A stretch of 64,000 nt of DNA from Diplonema japonicum (Eukaryota > Protista > Euglenozoa: Diplonemea), in contig OZ025673.1 of the NCBI GenBank assembly GCA_964019335.1, forward strand, positions 124,001-188,000, given 5' to 3'. Position 1 is the first letter of the stretch. Each line of letters starts with the position of its first letter. This document shows, one piece after another, positions 1-10,800 of this stretch. The translations under genes were made by a program, and so were the position numbers. The notes under the pieces are model-generated. The model was not told the DNA's origin. It saw only the letters and a program-made list of their open reading frames with translations, and searched no databases.

Positions 1-1310
1 GTTTGCGTTTCGGCTTTCTTCGTCGAGTACCCGTACCGCACTGCATCGAACAGCACGTGCGACGACCCCTGCGCGTGGTACGGGGTGTCCTGGTTGGGCG
101 GGATGTTCAGCCATCCTCCGTCGCGTGCCTTGCTTGTGTCTGCCACGAGTTGCACCATGCGCAGAATGTCCTCCGTCATCTCGTGCACCACGACCTTTGT
201 GTCCGTTAACACTGCCGCCCCCATCACGTGTGGGCTCCGCATGATCTTGCTGACTAACCTGTGAGCCCTAGCGTACGTCCCCAGCGTGCTTTGCGTGCAT
301 TTTCCACCCAACCGGTATGCCAAGATGCTCGTCTGTGACTGTGTGTACCGCACCACGGGGAGCGAGATTGCTATGGGGTTCACCACTTTCTGCAGCTCCA
401 AGCCCGTTCTGGAGATTTCCTGCTTAAGCAAGTGCTCCGAGAGCCGCAGTACCAAGTCGTTGGGGGGGCCATGCAGGAAGGCCATGGTGTTTTTCATTTG
501 TTTTGCGAGGCTTCGTGTGTGGTGCTCAGCACACCCTTCGGGGGCGCCGAAGGCAAGGTGGACGGTCTGCTCGACCCTGTCAGGGGTGGTGAGGGGCTCG
601 AGGACAATGTTGGCGTTGCCTAAACGAGAGATGGGAGAGCCTGTGCTGTCAGAAGGGGCGCTACCTTTTGGTGCAAGCTGGTTGATGACGCTAGTGATGG
701 TGATGAGGCCCGACACGAGGCGTACCTGGACGCTCTCGTGGATCTGCGTAGGGAAGAAGCAGTGAAGCCCTTCAAGGATGAAGTTCCTTGTCTCGGCTTC
801 GCGTTCTGAGACGTCAGCAGGCGGCTCACGGAAGATACAGACAAGTCTCTCAAGGGAGTCTGCGGGCTTCAGCCTGCTCGGCTTTGAAGGGGGCTCCGTT
901 TTCTCAGGGACGATGACAAAGCGCTGGAAGGCACTTGTGAATTGGTATTTGATAGCATCATCGCCTGCAGTGGAGATAGAGATGAATACGCCAGCGGTGA
1001 TCATCTTGGTGCACACCTGCTGCGCTGCTTCCCTCGTCAGCCCGTATGTCCCTTCGAAGAAGCTGAAAAAGTTCTCTGCAAAGAAAGTCATCTCGTCGGA
1101 ACACGGCTCCTCTGCCTCCACCACCTCTTCCTCCTCATTCCTCGTTTTCCCTTTCCCAAGCAACACTAGGTCCTCCAACTCCCTTTCAGAACGCTTCAGT
1201 GTCTCCCACATCTGGACTTCATTCGCCCATGCATGGACAGCTAGAAGCATTGGAAGGTCTAGTACCTCCACCTGCACGTCCTCGCCTTCCATCTTCTTGG
1301 GCTGTGCCAT
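1..1310 (-). CDS. DEP-domain + CCZ1/HPS4/INTU-type longin-domain protein (runs off the window start)
   Basis: Manually translated frame from ATG 1310 (MAQPKKMEGED...) with no stop before base 1; absent from the ORF track. DEP-like FFAENFFSFFEGTYGLTREAAQQVCTKMITAGVF; longin-like ILEGLHCFFPTQIHESVQVRLVSGLITITSVINQL. T-rich tract and AG just upstream (~1339). Confidence 0.6.
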   Translation of the reverse strand, partial: MAQPKKMEGEDVQVEVLDLPMLLAVHAWANEVQMWETLKRSERELEDLVLLGKGKTRNEEEEVVEAEEPCSDEMTFFAENFFSFFEGTYGLTREAAQQVCTKMITAGVFISISTAGDDAIKYQFTSAFQRFVIVPEKTEPPSKPSRLKPADSLERLVCIFREPPADVSEREAETRNFILEGLHCFFPTQIHESVQVRLVSGLITITSVINQLAPKGSAPSDSTGSPISRLGNANIVLEPLTTPDRVEQTVHLAFGAPEGCAEHHTRSLAKQMKNTMAFLHGPPNDLVLRLSEHLLKQEISRTGLELQKVVNPIAISLPVVRYTQSQTSILAYRLGGKCTQSTLGTYARAHRLVSKIMRSPHVMGAAVLTDTKVVVHEMTEDILRMVQLVADTSKARDGGWLNIPPNQDTPYHAQGSSHVLFDAVRYGYSTKKAETQ

Positions 1311-1701
1311 CTGGGTCCTTGGGGATGAGATAGGGATCTAAAAATACTTATAATAATAAAAAAAGTGTTGTTTTTATTTTTTTTTGAATTTTTTTAAAAA
1401 AAAAAGAACGCGTTGCAAGGGACAAATCCTACGAGGACCCACCCCTAAACAAAAGAAATAAATAAAAGCTTTACAAAAGTCTAGTCGAGTGGACGGGGGG
1501 GGGGGGGGTCAATCTATTTAATCTAAACCACATTCCTTCCCCCCCTTCCTAAGAGCTTAGGTTGAGAACCCTCATCGGGGCTTCTACTGGGACGGGGGGA
1601 GGCCTTGCTGCACGCTTGGCTGGTTTGTTGGGGCTTGGAGAGAGTACCTTTGAAATATATATTGATTCCCCTCCCCATTTTCTTTTTCATTTTTTCTTTC
1701 T

Positions 1702-2442
1702 TCATACATTGGTAATCTGCTGCAAAGTGGACGTGTCATCGATGCGACGCTTGGCAGGGGTTCGCTTCACAGGGGTTTCTATCTCCTCGAGTTTCTTGAT
1801 GTCGGCTTCCAGCACACGGATGGTGTGCTCGAAATTTCTTTTTTCCTTGTTCCACTCCCGCTTTTCTTTTTCGTGCAGACGCTCCTTCCTCTGCATATCT
1901 AGGATAACGTCATCTTTTCGAGAGACGGCCTCCGATAGGGTATCGCACTCCTCATTACTCTCTGCCGCAGTGGCCTCTGCTGCAGCAAGCATTCTACGTG
2001 AGCGTGTGAGTTCATTCTGTAGCCTTCTGTCAGATTGAGGTGCGGAAGGTGTGGGTGAGGCGGTGAGGAGGCCAGCTACCCTTTTGATAGCAGCCACACC
2101 TTCAGTCTCAAGTGTACGGATAAGCTCGTCCTTTCCTACCTCTGTTGCGTTTGTGTTGTTCAGCATCCTCTTCGCGCAAAGAATATCGTCAGCAGAAGCC
2201 TGGTACTTCTCCACCAAATCTATCATTTCTTGGACGAGAGCCTTGATTTCAGCTTCTTTTAAACCCTGTATCTCCCTTCCCTCCTTCATCTCTTCCATTA
2301 GACAATCATGCCGCCAAGCCCAATACGCTGCTTTGTGCTCCGGACCATCTGATTCCAAACAACCCTTAAACGGGACAGGTTTCCTCCCAGGGACTTTCTC
2401 CAATCTACCTTCCCATGGGACTGCAAAGGTTATGTCATCCAT
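1702..2442 (-). CDS. Hypothetical coiled-coil protein
   Basis: ORF 1702..2625, start moved to MDDITF (ATG 2442) after a poly-A tract; E/K/R-rich heptad-like C-terminal half. Confidence 0.7.
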   Translation of the reverse strand: MDDITFAVPWEGRLEKVPGRKPVPFKGCLESDGPEHKAAYWAWRHDCLMEEMKEGREIQGLKEAEIKALVQEMIDLVEKYQASADDILCAKRMLNNTNATEVGKDELIRTLETEGVAAIKRVAGLLTASPTPSAPQSDRRLQNELTRSRRMLAAAEATAAESNEECDTLSEAVSRKDDVILDMQRKERLHEKEKREWNKEKRNFEHTIRVLEADIKKLEEIETPVKRTPAKRRIDDTSTLQQITNV

Positions 2443-2757
2443 TTTTTTTTTCTTTTTTTTTTTTCCTTTTTTTTTTCTCCCCTGTTTTCTTTCAAAGAAG
2501 GCCCGCAAAACAACAACCATGCAATACAACGAAAACCCCATGTTCCTGAGTGCGATCTTTGATGAGAACATAACGTTCAAAGCCCACATGAGGTACGTGC
2601 AAACACGACTGGAAGAAAGGATCAAAGTGACATGACAGAACTACAGAATGCACAACACCGCAGCCAGGTGCATAGTCGTGGCTCTACAACGCACGAGAAA
2701 GGGGGAAATCCCTAAAGATGAATGAGAGCGAACGAGCAGCTGATCGATTTTAAAAAG

Positions 2758-3156
2758 CTCCAGTCAGATTTTTCAAATGTGGGAGTGAAAAACAGGTCGA
2801 ATCTGGGAATCTCTCAACAGAACGGGAGAACCCAGGCAGCAGCCACAGGTCCTGTCAGCACCCATGTACGCACAGCCTGCACCACACAGGATATGCCTTG
2901 ACATCAATATCGATGTCAACCATAAGCACCTCTAGTAAAATTTGTAACTTGTAACTTGTAACTTGTTACCTGTAAAAACCCCACACTTTTCAAATTTGGC
3001 TGTCGTGAAATAAAACAACGGATTTAGTGAAAAAAATAGATCCGATTTTCACTAACTCGTTGGTGGGTCCGCTGCGCTCGTGAAGTCATAAACCCACTCG
3101 TTAAACCACTGCCACCACGCCGTGAAAATCACACGATCTTATTTTCACTAAATAAA
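2758..3156 (+). repeat. Composite interspersed repeat, copy 1 (internally deleted)
   Basis: Starts CTCCAGTCAGATTT, contains (GTAACTT)n and ends TTTTCACTAAATAAA; colinear with 55364-55995 and 57183-57954. Confidence 0.85.
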
Positions 3157-4850
3157 ATACTATAAAACGAAAAATTTTCGCTTTACGGTAGTTATTTCTT
3201 TTGCCTGTTTCTTTCAGGAAAAAAAAAGAAAAAGAACAAAAAAAAAGGCAGGGGTTATGGAAAAAAGGTAATGGAAAAGAAAAAAAAAAAGGGTGAAGAC
3301 GGGAGGGATGGGAGGGGAGAGGAAAAAAAAAGTGGGGGGAAAAGAAAGAAAAAGGGGTAAAGGAGGGGGAGGGGGCTTGCTTTTTTTTTTCCCCCCTCTT
3401 TTTTTTTTTTTTTTTTTTCTCAATGTATCGCTTTTGGGTTATCATATTTCTTTCTTTTTTTCTTTTTTTTTCATTCAGGGAGGGGGATATGGGACCGGGA
3501 AAAGGGGGAAAGAAAAAGGAAAGAACAAAAAAAAATCCAAAATTCTCTTATTTTTCTCTCCTCTTTTTTTTTTTTTTTTCTGCAGGGAAAATTGATCCTC
3601 CTGATCTGCCATTCATTTCTCCTTTCTCTCCCTTTCTGTTTTAATTTTCTTTTTTTCTTTTTTGACAATATAATATGAATTTTCGTGGAACACTTTTAGT
3701 AATAAAAAATAAAGAAGTTCTTTTTTTTTCCCCGTTCTATACTTTACTTCTTTTTTTTTTATTTCACCCCTATTTCTTTTGTTTTCATTCTGGACAGTTT
3801 TTTTTTTTTTTTTTTTAAAACCCTTTTTTCAAAAACACTTGATCATTTCTTTTTTTCTTTTTCAAACTATGCACATAAAAATAAAAAGAAAATTGTCTTG
3901 CCTTTTGTGGTAGGAAGAAACAAGGGAGGAGAGGGGGAAAGAAATGAAGAGAAAGAGAAAGTGAGCCCCAGTGAGGGTTGCATGAGAGGGAAGGGTAACA
4001 AAACAAGGCAGGCAAGGTATTTGTGTAAAAAAAAGGGGGGGGTTTTTTCTTTTTGATTTTGCTTGAGAGCATTTCTCCTTTGCTTTTGATTTCCAAGTGG
4101 GACTCTGCACCATTCCTCACCCATTGTGGAAACAAGCATTACTTTTTTTTCTTTTTTTTTTTTCCTTCTTTTTTTTTTCTTTTTTTTTTTTTATAGTTTA
4201 GTTCTCCCCTTATTTTCTTTTTTTTTCTTTTCAATGAATTCGAAAAAAAAATATAAAAAATAAAAAAATAAAAACATTGATAAAAATGTGACATAACACG
4301 AAGTACGTAATTAAAGAAAAACTGGGGGAGGGAAGAGAAAATGTAGGAAAAAAAAGAATGAAAGAAAAAAAAACCTTGACAGACACAGCGGTCACCTGAT
4401 GGCGTCCCCTGTATAGCCAACGTTTTCTTTCTTTTTTTTTTTATATTCATTCTCTCCTTGAGTGTCCAGGGGGCTTGCCCTCTCCCCTCGAAAGTGTGTA
4501 TAAAATAAAGGGAAGGAGAAACAAAAAAAGTTGGGTAGCGATGAAATAAAATAACACAAAAAAGCAGAAAAAAAAGAAGCCAGCCACCAAAAAAAAGGGG
4601 GGGGATGAAAAAATTGCGCCTTAGCGGAAAAATAATGAACCCTCTCACGCTTTCTCCCTTCTTCTCACTCACGCCACCCCCCCCCACCTCGAAAATGAAA
4701 TCTTTTTCCTCACAATTCTTACCGTAAGACAGCGAAAACAGGCGACCATGGGAAATCGGGAAGGGGAAAAAAAAAAGGAGAAAAAAGTTGTTAAAAAAAA
4801 AAAAGACAAATTCCTTCTGTTGCTTGCTTTTTTTTTTTTCCCCACTGATT

Positions 4851-7800
4851 TTATTTCGCGGCTGTGGGAGGTGATTTAAAAAAAAGAAAAAAAAATATAT
4901 GAGTTAAAGGAAGTCTTTGTGAGACGCCCCCTTGTTCTCATCTTCTACCTGCACCTATCCCCTTTCAGCAGCGGGTTCTCCTCCTTTGGTGGTCTTGCCG
5001 GCCTTCTCCCCAGCCTGGCCGCTCTTTCTCTTCGTTCTCTCGCCCATTGTCCTTTCAATGCCTCTAGGTCATGCTTGGTCTTCGGTGATGCAAATATCGC
5101 CCTCCTGTTCCATCCGATCACCGCCTTTGTCCTCCCGATGGATCGTAGTGTGTGCACCCTTGTGCTCGGCTCAGCTGGGAAGGCCCTCCTTCCTTTCACC
5201 TTCTTCAGTACCCTCCCTAGCTCCCATGTGTGCCAGATCTTCTTCATCAGTCCATGCAATCTCCTCGCTTTCTGCTGTACTTCTGCGAGATCCCCCAGCT
5301 TCCCTCCAAGGGTCTTCCCGGTCACGTTCTCGAAATCCAGTGCCAGCTCCACCGTCGACACTGACGTGTTTCTGCTGCCTGCATACCAGCGCAGTTGCCG
5401 CATCCACCTCAGCACCTCCTTCGTGTACTCCCGTAGGACATCCCCTGCCGGTAGCTTGCCGAAGTCCTTGTCCGACGGTACTGGGTGTTCTTGACCTTGT
5501 GTGATCTCCAGCCACTGGTGTGTGTGGTACACCTCCTGCCTCTTCGCTTGTAGGGCTGCGTCCCGCTCCCCCACCACCGCCAGCAGGTACCTCTGCGTTC
5601 CTTCGAGCCTTTCCCTGACATCCTTCCCTGCTCCCCTTGGCAGGATGCCATGCAGCTTCGTACACGGTTCCAGCCCCCTGCGCGTCATGCCTTCGTGTTC
5701 TTCCCGCTGTTGCACTTCCTTGGCCTTTTCGCACTCCCACAGTGCGTGCTCCAGCATGTTGGGCAGCTGTTGCTCCTGACCGCAGATGTCGCAGTGTGCC
5801 GTCGTGGGTTCGGCCTGCTTAGCTTCTTGCTTCCTCGCCTCCGCAATCAGCCACTTCTCGGTGTCCTGTCCTTCCTCTTCTTCTTCTTCTTGTTCATCTT
5901 CAGCCTCGTCTTCATCCTCGTCTTCTTCTCCTTCCGCCATCGGGATGTGCTCCACCGTGTCCGTGCGCCATCCCCGTGGGTTGATGTAGAACACTGCCCC
6001 CGAGATGATCCTTCGCACGTCCCTTGCTGCAATCGGGTCCGTCACCACCAGCTTCCTCCACAGCGCGTTGGTCTCCGCTGCTGCCGCAGCTTCCATGCCC
6101 CCCATGGTGCTCCGTTTGCTCATGATTTCCTGTGCTTCCGCCCGCCTGAGTCGGTCCCTGATGTAGTGCTTGTAGGGCTCCTTTTCCAGTGCGTGGGTGT
6201 CCTTCAGCTGTGCCCAGCTTAACTTGATCTGAGGCAGCCACCTTTCCATCATGATGCCCACCGGTCCCACCGGTATCTTCTTCCCGCTGTACCGTTTGGC
6301 AATGGCGTCGCAGCGTGTCCACAGCTTGTCGTCCTTCTTGCAGGCTCTGTATAGGAGCATAAGTGCTCTGTATGCGGCTGTCATCTGTGGGTGGCTCGTG
6401 TGTCCCGGCAGTGTCACGGATAGTACTGTGCCTGGGTTCCTGGTGCAGTACTTCTGCCCCCAGAGCGCGTACGTGGTCTCCTTCACCAGCGTGGCCATTT
6501 GTCCCGTTTTCGGCGGTGAGAATGGGCAGTCGTAGAGGCAGCTCGGTAGGATCGTGCTGCTGATGATCTTCGCCTTCTGCTGAAAGGACAACGGCGTTGC
6601 TCCCAGCCTGCTCAGCGTCCCGAGTGCCTCCGCCGTCCTGTCGCCGTTGGTTTGCGGCCTGCCGTCTGTCCGCAGCTTGGCTCCCAGTACTCCTACAGTC
6701 CGTGTCGGCTGCAGTTCCTCGCCTTTCACCTTCACCTCCGGTGTCTTCCTGTTCACTGCAAAGGTCTTCGTCTTCCTGGTGTTGAGCTTCATCCCCACCT
6801 GTTTGCAGAAGGCTTCCACTGCGTCTACGCCTTCCTGCAACGCCGCACCGAGCCGTGCCAAGAGATATGCATCGTCCGCGTAAGACAGCGAGCGGACCCC
6901 TGTGTCGTTCTCCACCTGCTTCATTAGTACCGCCAACAGCGCGTTGATGAGTACCACTGAAATCGGGCATCCCTGAAGGATTCCATTGGTTGTGTGGAAC
7001 TCCTCCCCCACGCCTGCTGCGTACCTGAACCGTCTTCGCATGCCTGCGTACATTCCTTTCAGTGCCCTGAGGATGCCTGTGTCCATGCCCATGTCCTCCA
7101 CCAGCTCCAGAACCAGCTGTTGCGGTACACTGTCAAAGCATTTCGCAAAGTCGAGTGCCACCCCGACTAGCGGTTTCCCCTCCAGAATGGATTCTTCGAT
7201 GTCAAGGGCGAGGTCCAAAAGTGCGTCCTCTGTCCCGAAACCCGTGCGGAATCCGTATTGCTTGTCGTGTATCCATTTCTCCTGCCAGATGAGGATATCA
7301 GACAGTCGCGCGCATGCCCAGAGTCTGTACACCGCAGATGTGACTGTGATAGGCCTGTGCTCCAGTGGTCCCGCATCGTCGCACTTCGGTACGAGGGTAA
7401 CCAGTGCCGTTTTCATGGCTTCCGGCCACCTCCCCGTTGCTTCGATCGCATGGAAGAGCATCGCCCAGGCGTCTAGTACTGACTCTGGTAGTTTCCGTAG
7501 CTCTAGCATCCTCCACCCGTCGATGCCTGCCGCGCTTTTCTTGCTTTTCTTTCTGAGCACTTCCCTCAGCCTTGCTCCCGTCAGTTGTGTCCTCTCCATC
7601 TCATGCCGTTGCACGAACTTGCTGTACTTTGCCTTGAAGGGGGCATAGAGGGGCTCCGGTCGGGACTCGTATTTCGCAAAGACGGTCTTCCACGCCTTGC
7701 GCATGACGCTGTCGATCAGTCCGGGGGACGCAAAGAGCACCATCCCTTCCTTGACCGCCCTGGTTCCGTCGCTTTGACGTTTGCCTTTCGCGACTTTTAC

Positions 7801-10800
7801 CAGTCTTGTTGTCTCGCGTCCTGCTGCAACCTCGGCCAGGTATTCTCGTCTCCGTGACGTGTTCGCCTCGGTCCTTTTCTTCCGTTCCTCAGCTGCAATT
7901 GCGTCTTCCATGTTCAGCGCTGCTGCCAGCATGTCCTCTATGAGAACAGCGTCGTGCGGCACCGGTTCAGCTGGTACTGCCAGAGCCTTTGCTTCCCTGT
8001 TCACGTTTCTTATCGTGTTCAGGGTCGGCTTGCTTAGCCCCTTGTCCTCAACTGCTTGCTCGAGCTGTTGTTGCAGTGTCCGCGTCTTGAGCTTCAGCTT
8101 TTCCAGTCGCGCTTGCCATGTTGTAGCTGCACCCACCGTTCCCGTCGTCGTTGGTGCACACACTTCCTTCTCCTTTGTGCTGGTGTGTTTGCCTCTTCCG
8201 ACGTACGCTGCCCTCCCCGGCGTCCCCACTGGTTGGTCTATGAGGAGGTCTTCGGTGCACCGGGAGAGGGTCTCGAAGGCTTTTGTTATATTTCCTTCGT
8301 GCAGGTACTGTCGGAATCCGGCTGCTTCCACTGCTTCGGCTCCTTGTTCTTCCGTTGGCTCATCTGCCGTCTCCAGACCCCTCGGCAGCATGTATCGTTG
8401 TACCGTCATCCTGAATCTGTCGAGCTCAAGTGCAACCGTCAGTGTCCGGTGATCCGTCCCCTTGATCGCTTGGTTCACTTGGCATCCGGTGATGGCCGGT
8501 ACTGCCTCCGGACTTGCCAGTATCCTGTCGATCCGCGTGGCGCAGTTCTCCCGTACAAACGTTGGATCAGGTTGTTTCCCTCTCCATTTTGCGCATAGGT
8601 CCGCTGTGTCCGCCCATCCTGCCTGCAGTGCCTTCCGCAGTTCCGGGGATCTTGCCTCGTCGGTGTTGAAGTCGCCAACGACGAGTATTGGCACATTGCC
8701 GAGCTCCTTCGCCTTCTTCCGCAGGATGTAGTGGAGGAGGGTCTCCCTCTTTGCGGTCTCTTCACGTCCTGTTCCTGCCGGGCAGTATATCGATATGATA
8801 TGTAGCCATCTGCGTTTGCCATCGATTGCGACCTGAGTGTGCAGCCACCTCCTGCGTTGTTCTTCAGATTGGTCGTTGGTGTCCAGAGAACCTGGCAATG
8901 CTGTCCTGGGTTCTCGGATTAGGGTTGCCAGTCCTCCCCTCTGAGCTACCCAGTTCGAAGCGATTCCCTCCACCTTCCTTCCCGGCTGCGGCGGTCCCCA
9001 CATCGGCTTCCACTTCTTCTTCGTCTTCTTCCCGAGCTCCCGCTCCATCTCCTGCTGCCCAGCTAAGGTCAGCGCCGTCTCCTGCGTGCAGATCACGTCG
9101 ACGTCCAGCTTCGTCGTAACCTCCTCTATTTGGTTGCGTAGGGAGGCCACGTTCACTGTCGACACGTACATGTTGGGCCCAGGGTTCGGATGTATCCCCT
9201 GCGCCGTGAGCCTCGCGAAGTCCTCTTCCTCCTCTGACCCCGGTTTCCGCCTCCCCGTTTTCAGTTGGGGAGGTTTCCAATGCAGCTCACGCATTGTTCC
9301 CGCCTGCAGTTCTCCATGGCGCACACCCTCGCCCTCCTGCCTTTCAGCTGGCCATGACATGACCCGCATTGACCCTGTGAGGCTTGGTAGGTCGCAGACC
9401 AAGCATGGACATGCACCTTCTGCTTCTTCTTCTCCTTGCCTTGCAGCTTCCCTTCCGACGAGGTTGTTGGCTTCCTGTGGCCGGGGCTGCTGGGGTCGGG
9501 CTTCTTCGGCGACGGGGAGGGTGAGGGAGTCTGGCTCCTCTGTCGCTTCGGTGACGCTGCCTTGTTCGTGTTCGTGTTCGTGCTTGTCTTTTTCGGGGAC
9601 ACTGCACCTGCCGCCGCCGCCGTCGCAGGCTTCTTCTTCGCCGTCGGCGTCTCCGTGTTCTGTTCCGGAGTGCCGCTCCTCTGCCGCTTCGGGGATGCAG
9701 CGCTTGTCGTGGCTGCTGGGGTCGTCGCGGCCCTGTTCTCCATCGCCCTGCGTGCCACCTTCCTTAGCGCATCTTTGAGGCGGTCGACTTCGCTCTGCAA
9801 CTTCGTGACGAGCATTTTGTATTGCTCTAGCTCTGTTGCGTTGATCGTGGTGTCCTTCTGTTGCTGTTGTTGTTGTTGTTGTTGTTCTTGCTTCTGCGGC
9901 TTCTTTGTCTTCTTCTTCTTCTGTTCTGTGGTCGTGTCCGCGGTCGCGTCCTTCTGCTCCCGTTCCTGCAGCTTCTCGGGGTCGGCGGCCGCCCAGTACT
10001 CCTCGCCCTTGTTCTTGCCGTAAAAACAGAGGAACTCGGGCTTGGAGTATCGTGTGTCGCAGTTTTCGTTGGGGTCCTTCCTCGTTTCCCCTTTCGCCAC
10101 CACCATTTGCAGTGGTTGCTGCTTCCACGCCGCCGTCAGCGCCATCCGGTGCTCCCCCACCTGCACCTCGCCGAACGGGGGCTGCCCTGCCGACTGGACC
10201 ACCGCCAGTTGCCGCCCCTTCTTCGGGATGACGCGAATGACCGTCGCGTCCTTCCACCCGTTGTTCCGTAGCAAGCCCTGCACCTGCTCGCCCGTGATCC
10301 CGCGTGGCACACTGTGGAGGTCGAACTTTCGTCCGGCCCCTGTTCCCACCAGCAAGCCGGCCTCCTGTGCTTTGTGTCTGGCGTCGTCGCTGTCCAGGTT
10401 CCCGTCTTGCACCAAACCGAGACCCCTCCCGTTGCTTGTGAGGGTGGCCGTAGGTCCTCCGATCCCCCGCGCCGCCGCCACGTCCCACGTCCTCAGCCAT
10501 AGTGGTGGCTGCTTCTCTCGCTTCCTCCTGCGGTCCTCTACGAACAAGCCCCCCGCACCAGCCTGCTTCGCCTTCCCTTCTTCGTTGGCCGCCACGTAGA
10601 CCAGGAGGTCCAGCTTGGTCAGCTGTCCCTTCCAGGCCTCGCCTCTTGGCTCTGAGATCCCCCGCAGGGTGACTCCCAGCGCCTTGAGTGCCTTCACCGT
10701 CTCGTTCTTGGCGTCCGCTTGCACCTTCGCCCACCCGTCCTCCCCGGATGCGGCTCTCCACCAGATGGCTCGCAGTACGATCGTGCTGCTGCTGCTGCTG

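Noticed and set aside
3101-4687. Poly-Lys/Phe/Gly/Pro ORFs in spacers (here and throughout)
   Set aside because: Translations of A/T/G/C homopolymer tracts.
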